Both the position numbers and the translations under genes were made by a program. Positions 37,867-47,040 of a DNA stretch of 64,000 nt are shown piece by piece; position 1 is the first letter of the stretch, and each line of letters starts with the position of its first letter. The notes beneath the pieces were generated by a model. That model did not search any database and had not been told where the DNA came from. It worked only from the letters and a program-made list of their open reading frames with translations. Source of the stretch: Anaerolineae bacterium (lineage in GTDB: Bacteria > Chloroflexota > Anaerolineae > UBA1429); assembly GCA_963675785.1 (NCBI GenBank), contig OY776562.1:2112001-2176000 (forward strand). Reading direction: 5' to 3'.

Positions 37867-39201
37867 ATGTCCAAGATACAACGTATTCGAGCCGAGCATC
37901 TGCCAATCAGTTATGCGCGCAACTATATCGCGCTAGGAGCTGATTCGGCCTTTTTTTCTGTAGGCGCAAGCCTGATCAGCACCACCACCGTCATTCCGGC
38001 TTTTGTCGATGCCCTGGGCGGATCGGCCTCACTTGTAGGCCTCATCTCAGGCTTGGCCAGCGGTGCCTGGCTGCTGCCTCAGCTTTTGGTGGCCAGCCAC
38101 ATTGCTCGTTTTGACAGGCGCAAACCAGCTATCCTACGCGCCGCATGGCTTGGTCGCCCCCTGTTCTTTATCTTTGCAATCCTCGTCATGCTGCTGGCAG
38201 AAAACCACGCCAATCTGCTACTCGGTTGTCTGGTAGCCATCATCTGCATGTTCTATGTTTGCGATTCCTTTGTAAGCCTGCCATGGATGGACCTGGTGAG
38301 CGTGGCCATTCCTGCGCGCCGCCGGGGGCGCCTACTTGGCACATCGCAAGCACTGGGAGGATTGGGAGGCATCGCCATAGGTGCGCTGGTTAACTGGTTG
38401 CTGGGTGCCAACAGTCGTTGGGGGTTCCCCACCAACTATGCCATCATCTTTGGCCTAGCCTCAGTGGCATTCATATTTGCAGCAACGGGTCTCTCAGCCG
38501 TCAAAGAGCCAACAGGTTGCTATCCCAAGAAACAACCCCTTGGTTTTGCCCAAACGCTTCGGAATATTCCCGCACTGCTGCGTGATGACCGTGCCTTTCT
38601 GCGGCTCATCATCGCCAAGATTACCGCCGGCTTTGTCACTATGGCCAGCTCTTTTTATGTACTACATGCCGTACAGGTGGGCAAAATGAGCGTAGCCTCG
38701 ACAGGCTTGCTCATCTCTGCCCAGGTGGCTGGTACAGTAGCAAGCGGCCTGTTGATGAGCTTTGTTCAGGATGCCAAAGGACCTCTTTACCACATCCGGC
38801 TGACCTGTGTTCTGGCGGCACTGCCCTCGGCGGGTGCGCTTGTCCTTTCCTTGTTTCCAGGTGTTCTCGGCGAATCTATGGCTATCTATATGGCTATATT
38901 TTTCGTTCTAGGCATTGTTCTAAACTCATTGGGCTGGCCTTTTTACAACTGGATTTTGGAATACGCCCCTGCCGAACGACGGCCTGTGTACATTGGTACT
39001 ATCAACACCCTTTCCGCATTGACCATGCTGGCTCCACTGGCTGGTGGCCTTCTTGTAGAGAACATCTCCTACACATTCGTTTTTGTTGCTGCAACGGCCG
39101 CCGCCGCTATCGCGCTGGTTTTGTCTCTGGGCTTGCCCAGCACGCGTGATCCCAAAGCGACCGAGAACGGCGTTGACACCAGAGTCAAAGCCTCGGTATA
39201 A
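37867..39201 (+). CDS. MFS transporter
   Basis: About 12 hydrophobic segments, IPARRRGRLLG and APAERRPVYIG loops. Confidence 0.85.
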   Translation: MSKIQRIRAEHLPISYARNYIALGADSAFFSVGASLISTTTVIPAFVDALGGSASLVGLISGLASGAWLLPQLLVASHIARFDRRKPAILRAAWLGRPLFFIFAILVMLLAENHANLLLGCLVAIICMFYVCDSFVSLPWMDLVSVAIPARRRGRLLGTSQALGGLGGIAIGALVNWLLGANSRWGFPTNYAIIFGLASVAFIFAATGLSAVKEPTGCYPKKQPLGFAQTLRNIPALLRDDRAFLRLIIAKITAGFVTMASSFYVLHAVQVGKMSVASTGLLISAQVAGTVASGLLMSFVQDAKGPLYHIRLTCVLAALPSAGALVLSLFPGVLGESMAIYMAIFFVLGIVLNSLGWPFYNWILEYAPAERRPVYIGTINTLSALTMLAPLAGGLLVENISYTFVFVAATAAAAIALVLSLGLPSTRDPKATENGVDTRVKASV

Positions 39202-39202
39202 T
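39173..39202 (+). promoter_or_regulatory. Consensus promoter embedded in the MFS 3' end
   Basis: TTGACA-18-TATAAT; the MFS stop TAA (39199-39201) lies inside the -10 box. Confidence 0.8.
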
Positions 39203-39237
39203 CGCGAGGTTGGGTTCGAGATCAAATCGGGAGTCCC

Positions 39238-39774
39238 ATGAAGAAAGCACGCGTCATTTCAGGCATTCTGCTATTTGCCATCATCATGGCTCTTCCGGTT
39301 TTGCCTGTGTGTGCACAGGCTCCTGTTCCGACCACCATTCCCGGATATCCGGAGCCAACCACCGGTGTGGCCACGCCAGTTCCCACGACAGTCTCGTCTT
39401 ATCCCACGACGGAATCGACACAGGCTGCCCTCTCGACGCTGGCACCGACCAATACGCCCGTATCAGATGAAACAGCAGTGCCAACAATAGTGGGGGCCGC
39501 AACCGTGACCAACACGCCCCTTTGGACTCGTACACCCACGCCAACAACAGCGGCAACAATCACGCTCATCAGCCCCTCTACAACGACAGAAGAAACGCCA
39601 ACGGCATCCGCAGCCACTACGCCCACGCCATCGTCGTACCCAACCGCAGTCTCTGACGAGACACCGCAGGATAGCCAGTTACCTTATGTATCCGATCCCA
39701 TCTTTTGGGGCATCGTGGGCGTTATCCTCATCGTCGCCATTTGGGGCACATTCCGATTGTTCAAGAGTTCATAA
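39238..39774 (+). CDS. Secreted Thr/Pro-rich surface protein with C-terminal membrane anchor
   Basis: Signal peptide (MKKARV..VCA|Q), low-complexity T/P/S body, C-terminal TM and basic tail. Confidence 0.8.
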   Translation: MKKARVISGILLFAIIMALPVLPVCAQAPVPTTIPGYPEPTTGVATPVPTTVSSYPTTESTQAALSTLAPTNTPVSDETAVPTIVGAATVTNTPLWTRTPTPTTAATITLISPSTTTEETPTASAATTPTPSSYPTAVSDETPQDSQLPYVSDPIFWGIVGVILIVAIWGTFRLFKSS

Positions 39775-39814
39775 AAAGGGTGTCACAAAAGATGCCCTCA
39801 CAGAGATATCTAGC

Positions 39815-39860
39815 AGAACTCTCCGCAACCGGTGACTCGGTTCCGGAGAGTTCTTTTGTT
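39815..39860 (+). terminator. Intrinsic terminator
   Basis: AGAACTCTCCG...CGGAGAGTTCT followed by TTTGTT. Confidence 0.8.
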
Positions 39861-39937
39861 ATACGGACGTCTATATGGCTCATCGCTGGCGAATGAGATG
39901 CCTTTCAAATAGTAGTAAGATTTCTCTTTCTCGCTGA

Positions 39938-39964
39938 TGTAACCTTTTACTCCTTACCATCATC
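39938..39964 (+). promoter_or_regulatory. Putative ECF-type autoregulatory promoter
   Basis: TGTAAC-17-CATC, resembling the TGAAAC..CGTC pattern of SigV/SigW-like promoters. Confidence 0.5.
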
Positions 39965-39981
39965 TTATATGTGACCGGTCA

Positions 39982-40524
39982 ATGAAAAGGAGGCAGCTAC
40001 ATGAGAGGAGGACATCCACAGCTGTGTTGAGCAATTATGATGAAAAAACCTGGTTTTGCGATCAGGTGATCGAAAACAAACTAGCTCTGTTTCGGCTTGC
40101 CAAGAGCATCCTGAAAAATGATGCCGATGCAGAGGATGCTGTGCAAGATGCTGTCCTTTCTGCATACAGCAAGCTATCTACACTGCGTGACCGCGACAAA
40201 TTCAAGCCGTGGATCATGAAGATACTCGTCAACTCGGCTTACCAGACCTATGGCAAGCGCAAGCCAGAAGTCAATTTAGAAGACGTGGACAACATTCTCG
40301 CTGTGATACCTCAGGACAATACCAAAGCCCTCTCGTTATGGTCGGCGGTAGAAACCTTGTCAGACGATTTACGAGCCGTCGTTGTGCTGTTCTATTACGA
40401 GGATATGAGCATCAGCGAGATAAGCAGAATTACCGGCGCCAGACGCGGTGCGATTAAGACACGCCTCTGCCGTGCAAGGCAAAAGCTCAAGCCCATTTTA
40501 CTTGGGGAAAGGAGCACACAATGA
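39982..40524 (+). CDS. ECF RNA polymerase sigma factor (SigV-like)
   Basis: DAEDAVQD, FKPWIMKILVN, LFYYEDMSISEIS and KTRLCRAR motifs. The true start may be GTG 40024 or TTG 40027. Confidence 0.9.
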   Translation: MKRRQLHERRTSTAVLSNYDEKTWFCDQVIENKLALFRLAKSILKNDADAEDAVQDAVLSAYSKLSTLRDRDKFKPWIMKILVNSAYQTYGKRKPEVNLEDVDNILAVIPQDNTKALSLWSAVETLSDDLRAVVVLFYYEDMSISEISRITGARRGAIKTRLCRARQKLKPILLGERSTQ

Positions 40525-41366
40525 ATAGCGATGATAGGAAACTAAGAATGATGGCTAAACGTGAGGATATGCATCTTCCGGAAGGCTATGACAACAACCT
40601 GAGAAATACCTTGAATTTACTCCCTGAAGCAGAGGGTGAGCAGCTACGCCACCATACTGGCCGTTGGGTTTCTGTCGCTGTTGCCACTGCCTTGGCGCTC
40701 TTTATCATTCTGCCCAACACGAGCATGAGTGTCGCCTATGCTATGGGGAACCTACCAATCATAGGCCCTATCGTACAAGTGGTTACTTTCCGCACCTACG
40801 AATATGACGATGGACACAGCTCTGCCAGTGTTGATGTGCCAGAAATCAAAGATGAAAGCGAAGCAGCTTCTCTGATCAATGCCTCTGTCGACGACTATAC
40901 CAACATGTTGATTGAAAAATTCAAAGAGCAAAAGGAAGAGATTGGTGAAGGCTATCTCGGCCTTGATATTACCTACAACGTCGTGACAGACAGCGATGAT
41001 TGGTTCACACTTCAGGTCGCCGTACTCGAAGTTCAAGCAAGCGGTTACGAATACAATGTCTACTACAACGTCGACAAGACCACAGGACAGATCATCGAAC
41101 TGAAGGATCTGTTCAAGGATGACTCTGACTGGGCGTCTGTTCTCAATACAGAGATACTCAATCAAATGCAAGAGAAACAAAACCCAGACGAAGGAATCAT
41201 GTACTTTCCGGATGATTTCACCGGGGTCACGGATGACCAGGATTACTATTTCAGCAGCGATGGCGAACTCGTCATTCCTTTTGACGAATACGAAATTGCT
41301 CCAGGCTCCATGGGCTGCCCTGAGTTTACTATCCCTCAAGCGCTCATCCAGGATTTGATGGCCTAG
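40521..41366 (+). CDS. Anti-sigma factor, RsiV-like (DUF3298-type)
   Basis: Single TM, then VAYAMGNLPIIGPIVQVVTFR and FDEYEIAPGSMG.PEF; ATGA overlap with the ECF gene. Confidence 0.85.
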   Translation: MNSDDRKLRMMAKREDMHLPEGYDNNLRNTLNLLPEAEGEQLRHHTGRWVSVAVATALALFIILPNTSMSVAYAMGNLPIIGPIVQVVTFRTYEYDDGHSSASVDVPEIKDESEAASLINASVDDYTNMLIEKFKEQKEEIGEGYLGLDITYNVVTDSDDWFTLQVAVLEVQASGYEYNVYYNVDKTTGQIIELKDLFKDDSDWASVLNTEILNQMQEKQNPDEGIMYFPDDFTGVTDDQDYYFSSDGELVIPFDEYEIAPGSMGCPEFTIPQALIQDLMA

Positions 41367-41369
41367 CGC

Positions 41370-41405
41370 AGAAAAAGAGCGCCGCTTTTGCGGCGCTCTT
41401 TTTCT
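41370..41405. terminator. Bidirectional intrinsic terminator
   Basis: AGAAAAAGAGCGCCGC-TTTT-GCGGCGCTCTTTTTCT. Confidence 0.92.
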
Positions 41406-42515
41406 TTAGGAGAGCAAGGCTTTTGCTTCTGCCATGCTCACAAAATTCATCACCAGCGGCTGAGAATAATCCTCCTGGGCTTGCTGCCAAGTGGCATAAA
41501 AGCCTCCCTCGGTCGCCAAAACATCCACATAGCGACTTGTACGCCAACCATAAGGCGAGAGAAACATGGGTTCATTGACCGACAGACGCTCAATCTCTGA
41601 CACGCCATCGGCGGCAGCAACCGCAACACCGCCAATCTCCTCACATGAGAACCCGCGCGGCCTGCTGTGAGCCGAAGCATGCTCTTGCATATTGCGCATA
41701 GATTCGCCGCCGTCATAAAACACCAAGGTTAGCGCCGGCCCGCTGGCAAAGGCCCCAAAACGCGGCACCGAGAGCATGGCTGTGGCCCGCGTGATGGCTA
41801 CATCCCAGGTAAACCCCCGGGCAAAGAAATCATATACGACGGCAGTCCAGTCACCTGTTTCTGCCGAACGAACAGCATAACCGCTGTTGCTGCTTGACCA
41901 ACAAAAAGGATGTGTGCAAAAACCCAATGTAAGATCACCGCTAAAACGATCCATCACAAAGGGATCCTTGACATGGAGCCATCGCGGGTCATCACAATGT
42001 AGTACAGTCTGGATAGGGGCATCCTTCAAATCCGCAACCGTGTCAGCCTTGAGGCACTCGATAGACCAGATACCAGTGCCTGGTTTCATATAATCTTCAT
42101 ATCCCTGCGGATAATCTCGCCCGGCCTTTTCAGTGGAGACAAAAAGCTCAACGCCAGATTCAGTCCAGTGCAAAGCCGAACCTTCTATAGAAAGCACTTG
42201 CAGCCCGTTCACATCGAGATCCGGTTTTTGCCAGGAGACGAGATGTGCCCAGGTGGCGCCGCCATCAGATGAACGATAAATCACCAATTCTTTGCCTCGT
42301 TCGCCTGCCCCCAGGCCAGTGCGAGAATCCCCGTAATTACGATACCGCCCCACCACGTACAGAGCGCCTTTTTTATCACTGATCATGTTGCCGCCACCGA
42401 ACCAATGTCCCTCTGAGGGGCGTGCAGCTGGTACGATAATGCGTGCAGCGTCCTGATTCACAAGCGCTCGGGCAAAGCGTTCAAGCCTAACCCGTTGGGG
42501 TACGGTCAACATCAT
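41406..42515 (-). CDS. Conserved hypothetical Asp-box (BNR) beta-propeller glycosidase-like protein
   Basis: RSSDGGATW Asp-box, HVKDP and SRYVD segments; no signal peptide; GGAGG RBS. Confidence 0.6.
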   Translation of the reverse strand: MMLTVPQRVRLERFARALVNQDAARIIVPAARPSEGHWFGGGNMISDKKGALYVVGRYRNYGDSRTGLGAGERGKELVIYRSSDGGATWAHLVSWQKPDLDVNGLQVLSIEGSALHWTESGVELFVSTEKAGRDYPQGYEDYMKPGTGIWSIECLKADTVADLKDAPIQTVLHCDDPRWLHVKDPFVMDRFSGDLTLGFCTHPFCWSSSNSGYAVRSAETGDWTAVVYDFFARGFTWDVAITRATAMLSVPRFGAFASGPALTLVFYDGGESMRNMQEHASAHSRPRGFSCEEIGGVAVAAADGVSEIERLSVNEPMFLSPYGWRTSRYVDVLATEGGFYATWQQAQEDYSQPLVMNFVSMAEAKALLS

Positions 42516-42588
42516 TTGATATTTCCTCCCTGAAACATGCTCTCTGTCTGGCCATTATCCCAGCTGCCCACATAACGTCAACTCTGCA

Positions 42589-42620
42589 CAAAAAAAGGGC
42601 ACGACTTTCGTCGTGCCCTT
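42589..42620 (-). terminator. Intrinsic terminator after the ABC exporter operon
   Basis: AAGGGCACGAC-GAAA-GTCGTGCCCTTTTTTT. Confidence 0.9.
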
Positions 42621-42630
42621 GATGAGAAGG

Positions 42631-44544
42631 TTAGTGTCCTGCCTGAGCCAGTACAGCACTCTTACCGCGGAACTGGCTATAGTAAAGATCGTGGTAAAAG
42701 CCACCGGCTGCAAGAAGGCTCTCGTGGGTGCCTTCTTCGATCACCTCGCCATAGTTGATAACCAGCACCTTGTCTGCCTCGCGGATGGTACTTAGGCGGT
42801 GAGCAATAACAAAACTAGTTCGCCCCGCCATCAGGCGAAGCAGGGCATCCTGAAGATGCCTTTCGGTGCGCGTATCTACGTTACTGGTAGCTTCGTCGAG
42901 AATCAGGATATCCGGATTGGCCAAAATCGTTCGGGCAATGGCCAACAACTGCCGCTGTCCCTGGCTCAGGTTGCTGCCGCGCTCAGTAAGCACTGTGTTA
43001 TAGCCGTACGGCAATCGATGGATAAAGGTATCGGCATTGGCCAGGCGTGCTGCCTCGTAAACTTCTTCATCGGTAGCCTCCATACGACCATAGCGGATGT
43101 TCGCCAACACGCTATCTCCGAACAAAAAGTTGTCTTGCAGAACAATACCAAGATGGCGCCGTAGTTCATCCATCTTGAGGTCGCGGATATCGCGGCCATC
43201 AATGCGAATACTGCCGCTATCTACATCATAAAAACGCATCATCAGGTTGATGACGGTGGTTTTGCCTGCACCAGTAGGGCCAACCAGGGCAATCGTCTGG
43301 CCGGGCTCTGCCACCAGGCTAACGTGCTTGAGCACAGGGGTAGTAGGCTCATAAGAGAAGCAGACATCGTCAAACACCACCCGACCAGCAACCCCTTCGA
43401 GTGAATGTGCATCAGCCGCATCCGTGATCTCGGGAATCTCATCCATAACCTCAAAGACACGCTCAGCGCCCGCAAGGGCTGACTGGATCGAGTTATACAA
43501 TTGGGCAATTTCGTTGATAGGGCGTGTAAACTGGCGCGAATAGTTCACAAAGGAGGCAATGGTACCAACGGTCGCCAATCCCTTGACAGCAAACCAGCCG
43601 CCCAATCCAGCCACAACGGCAAATGAAGCATTGTTGAGCATGTTAGAAATAGGTCCCATGAAACCAGATAGGATTTGCGCCCGGACGGCGTAATAAACGT
43701 ATTCGCCGTTCTTTTCTTCAAAGCTCTCGATCGTTCCCTCTTCGCGAACATAGGCCTTGACCACGCGCTCGCCGGTAATCGTTTCTTCAATCACACTGTT
43801 CAACTCACCGAGGGCACGCTGCTGCCCACGAAAGTTTTCGCGAGTATGTTTGGCGATGGCCTGTGTTACCAAAACAGTGGCAGGAGCCACCAGAATCGAA
43901 ACCAAAGCCAAACGCCAGTTGATGACGAACATCATGATCGCAACACCCACAATTGTCAGGATGCTAGATATTAATTGGGTAACCGTAGATGTAAGAATGT
44001 TGCTGATGTTCTCAATATCGTTAGTGAGACGGCTCATCAACTCACCGTGAGTGTGTTGATCGAAATAGCGCAGAGAAAGCGTTTGCAGCTTGGCAAACAA
44101 GTCGTTTCGCAGATCACGCAGCGAATTTTGGGAAACTCCCACCATGATAAAGGTCTGCAACCAGGTGGTTATGGCCATTCCCGTATAGGCACCGAGCATC
44201 AACAACGCCATACGCGCCAGACCCGACATCTGCCCAGCGACCATATAGTCATCGATAGCCAAGCCCAACAGATAAGGCGTAAGCACATTGAATACAGAGG
44301 TAAGGGTCACCATTAACACTGTCCCTACCAAACCGCGCCAGTATCGCCCCAGATAGGTCGCTAACCTACTGGTTGTGCCACGCACATCTTTGGCGCGCCG
44401 CTTCTCAAAGCGAGCAGCCATACCTCCGCCAGGACCACGCCCTGGCACCATAGGCGGATCTGAACGCTGCACAGTGGTCGCTTTATCATCCGCTTGGTCA
44501 TTCATCTGGGGGCGCGGACGTTGCGTTTTTTCTCTATCAGACAT
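42631..44544 (-). CDS. Heterodimeric ABC exporter subunit (canonical Walker B and H-loop, TM288-like)
   Basis: GPTGAGKT, LSQGQRQ, ILDEATS and IAHRL motifs; ATG 44544 overlaps the upstream gene's end. Confidence 0.93.
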   Translation of the reverse strand: MSDREKTQRPRPQMNDQADDKATTVQRSDPPMVPGRGPGGGMAARFEKRRAKDVRGTTSRLATYLGRYWRGLVGTVLMVTLTSVFNVLTPYLLGLAIDDYMVAGQMSGLARMALLMLGAYTGMAITTWLQTFIMVGVSQNSLRDLRNDLFAKLQTLSLRYFDQHTHGELMSRLTNDIENISNILTSTVTQLISSILTIVGVAIMMFVINWRLALVSILVAPATVLVTQAIAKHTRENFRGQQRALGELNSVIEETITGERVVKAYVREEGTIESFEEKNGEYVYYAVRAQILSGFMGPISNMLNNASFAVVAGLGGWFAVKGLATVGTIASFVNYSRQFTRPINEIAQLYNSIQSALAGAERVFEVMDEIPEITDAADAHSLEGVAGRVVFDDVCFSYEPTTPVLKHVSLVAEPGQTIALVGPTGAGKTTVINLMMRFYDVDSGSIRIDGRDIRDLKMDELRRHLGIVLQDNFLFGDSVLANIRYGRMEATDEEVYEAARLANADTFIHRLPYGYNTVLTERGSNLSQGQRQLLAIARTILANPDILILDEATSNVDTRTERHLQDALLRLMAGRTSFVIAHRLSTIREADKVLVINYGEVIEEGTHESLLAAGGFYHDLYYSQFRGKSAVLAQAGH

Positions 44545-46282
44545 TAGCCATCGCTCCATTAGAAAGCTGTGATTCAAATATCTCACGATAAATGGGGCTT
44601 GAATCCAAAAGCTCGTCATGCGTGCCTTCGGCGGCCACCATACCATCATCAAGAACTAGAATCTTATCAGCATTGAGTACTGTGCTGATACGTTGGGCAA
44701 TTACAAAGGAGGTCATCTCTTTCATAAAAGAAGCCAATGCCTCTTGGATGCGTCCTTCGGTCTCTACATCCACCGAGCTCGTACTGTCATCTAACACCAG
44801 AACTGCTGGCTTGGTCAACAGCGCCCGCGCAATAGAAAGTCGCTGCTTCTGTCCACCAGAAAGGTTTACGCCTCGCTGCCCCACTTCGGTGTCATACCCC
44901 TCAGGGAAGGATATGATGAAATCATGTGCTTGAGCCATGCGCGCCGCATGCTCGACTTCTTCTTGCGAGGCTTCTGGCCGTCCGTAGCGGATGTTGTCAC
45001 GAATAGTGCCGGTAAACAGGATTGGCTCTTGTAGAGCGACACTCACCTTGCGCCGAAGTACGTCCGTATTGACATCGCGTACGTCAACGCCATCAATGGT
45101 TACACATCCGCCGGTAACATCATAGAATCGCGGGATGAGATGGACCAAGCTAGACTTGCCTGCTCCGGTCGTCCCCAGAATGGCTACTGTTTGCCCGGGC
45201 TCTACATCAAAGCTGACGCCCTTGAGAACAGGGTCCCCTTGATCACCATCATAACTGAACGACACATTGTCAAAGACCACATGACCGGTCGGGGAAAAAT
45301 CGGTCAAAGCATCCGGGGAATTGACGATGTCTGGTTCAGAATCAAGTACTTCGGACACACGTATGGCCGATGCCTGTGCACGTGCAAGACGCATAACGAG
45401 CATTGCAACCATCACAAGGCTCATCATGGCGCGCGTCAAATAGTTAACAAAGGCGATGATCTGGCCAACCTGCATGTCTCCCTGCTGAACATCGATACCG
45501 CCAAACCAAACGACGGCCACAATGCCCAGGTTCACTGCCATGCCCATCAAAGGCATCGCTACCGCTGCAATACGCGAAGCTTTGACGGTAATGTCCTTTA
45601 GAGATTCGTTGGTGGTCTCAAAGCGATTTCGTTCGTGCCGCATCTGCACAAAAGCTTTGACCACACGAACACCCATCAGGTTTTCCTGCAAGACGGTGTT
45701 GAGTTTATCCAGGTTCTTTTGGACGATACTGAACAGAGGAAAACTCTTACGGACAACAAAGATGACGAAAACCAGCTCTATTGGCATGAGCACCAAGAGA
45801 ATCCAGGATAACTTGGGGCTGGTTACGATAGCCATAGCAAAACTACCGATCATCGTAAACGGGGCTCGCACCATCATCTGCATGATCATGCGAGCCACTT
45901 CTTTGATCTGTACCACGTCATTAGTCAGGCGGGTTACCAATTCGCCGGTATGAAGCTTGTCCAGATTAGAAAATGAGAGAGATTGAACCTTGCGAAACAG
46001 TGTTCCGCGCAAATCTGCGCCAAAAGCCTCTGCCGCTTTGACAGCAAAAAAGGTGCAGCCCATGCCGCCAATCACACCGATGAGCGCTACCCCCATCATG
46101 AGCCAGCCCGTATTAACGACCAATTGAAGATCAAGGTTGGCAATACCTTCATCAACAATGCGCTCAACAAGGGCAGGCTGTAAAAGGTCCATGGCAACTT
46201 CCAACACCATAAACAATGGTGCCAAAATCGCCCACTTGCGATAGGGGCGCATGAACCTAATTAGCTCTTTCAGCGATTGCAT
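44537..46282 (-). CDS. Heterodimeric ABC exporter subunit (degenerate site, TM287-like)
   Basis: GTTGAGKS and LSGGQKQ; LDDSTS (E to D) and IAQRI (H to Q). Confidence 0.93.
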   Translation of the reverse strand: MQSLKELIRFMRPYRKWAILAPLFMVLEVAMDLLQPALVERIVDEGIANLDLQLVVNTGWLMMGVALIGVIGGMGCTFFAVKAAEAFGADLRGTLFRKVQSLSFSNLDKLHTGELVTRLTNDVVQIKEVARMIMQMMVRAPFTMIGSFAMAIVTSPKLSWILLVLMPIELVFVIFVVRKSFPLFSIVQKNLDKLNTVLQENLMGVRVVKAFVQMRHERNRFETTNESLKDITVKASRIAAVAMPLMGMAVNLGIVAVVWFGGIDVQQGDMQVGQIIAFVNYLTRAMMSLVMVAMLVMRLARAQASAIRVSEVLDSEPDIVNSPDALTDFSPTGHVVFDNVSFSYDGDQGDPVLKGVSFDVEPGQTVAILGTTGAGKSSLVHLIPRFYDVTGGCVTIDGVDVRDVNTDVLRRKVSVALQEPILFTGTIRDNIRYGRPEASQEEVEHAARMAQAHDFIISFPEGYDTEVGQRGVNLSGGQKQRLSIARALLTKPAVLVLDDSTSSVDVETEGRIQEALASFMKEMTSFVIAQRISTVLNADKILVLDDGMVAAEGTHDELLDSSPIYREIFESQLSNGAMANV

Positions 46283-46308
46283 ACCCGACAGACTCCTCTC
46301 ACAACAAC

Positions 46309-46752
46309 TTAACTATTCTCAGTTACATTCTTGAGGTTTGTGATGATTCGTTCCAACAGGGCACGAATCTGCTCCCGCTCCTCGTCATCAAAGCCTGCAA
46401 AGGTTTCCTCATCGATTCGATCAAACGTCGCAAAAACCTCCTCGCGCTTGGTACGCCCCTCTTTGGTAAGATACACGCGAGAGATGCGCTGATCATTCAT
46501 ATCCTGCTTGCGTTCGACAAGACCCGCTTTTTCAGCTCTTTGAACAAGGCGCGTCACAGTGGCACGCGTGACTTCCATCTTGTCAGCAAGGTCAGAATGA
46601 CTCTGCCCATCTTCATGCCAGAGCAAACGCATCAAACGGGACTGACTGTGAAACAATCCCAAAAGATCCATCAATTGCTGCACGCGGTGGTGATGCAAGT
46701 GCCCCACAGTACCTATCAGAAACCCAAGGGTCTTATCAGGTTTGTCGTGCAC
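46309..46752 (-). CDS. MarR family transcriptional regulator
   Basis: TRATVTRLV..EKAGLVER..DQR..RVYLT motif; GTG start with GGAGG RBS. Confidence 0.92.
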   Translation of the reverse strand: MHDKPDKTLGFLIGTVGHLHHHRVQQLMDLLGLFHSQSRLMRLLWHEDGQSHSDLADKMEVTRATVTRLVQRAEKAGLVERKQDMNDQRISRVYLTKEGRTKREEVFATFDRIDEETFAGFDDEEREQIRALLERIITNLKNVTENS

Positions 46753-46773
46753 GCGGCACCTCCGATTGAGATA

Positions 46774-46817
46774 ATACTTAGCTAGCTAAATATAAGCCGG
46801 CTTATCATTTTTGTCAA
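46774..46817 (-). promoter_or_regulatory. marR-ABC promoter with palindromic operator
   Basis: TTGACA-17-TATATT (46817-46789); ATAcTTAGCTAGCTAAaTAT at 46774-46793. Confidence 0.8.
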
Positions 46818-46831
46818 GCGCGTAGAAACAT

Positions 46832-46865
46832 AAAAAACAGCCCGAGGAAAATCTCGGGCTGTTTA
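46832..46865 (-). terminator. Intrinsic terminator after tRNA-Asn
   Basis: AAACAGCCCGAG..CTCGGGCTGTTTTTT. Confidence 0.88.
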
Positions 46866-46894
46866 TAGGGTGGATGCGGGTTTGCCGCATTCAG

Positions 46895-46966
46895 CTCCTC
46901 GGGCTGGACTCGAACCAACAACCAACCGGTTAACAGCCGGTCGCTCTACCATTGAGCTACCGAGGA
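46895..46966 (-). tRNA. tRNA-Asn (GTT)
   Basis: TCCTCGG acceptor and ACCGG-CTGTTAA-CCGGT anticodon arm; CCA not encoded. Own promoter TTGACA-17-TAAACT at 47023-46995. Confidence 0.96.
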
Positions 46967-47040
46967 TTACAGGGTTTCCCCTAGCACGGGGAGCAGTTTA
47001 CCCCCTAACTTTTGCAGTGTCAAATCTGACCGGGCCCACG

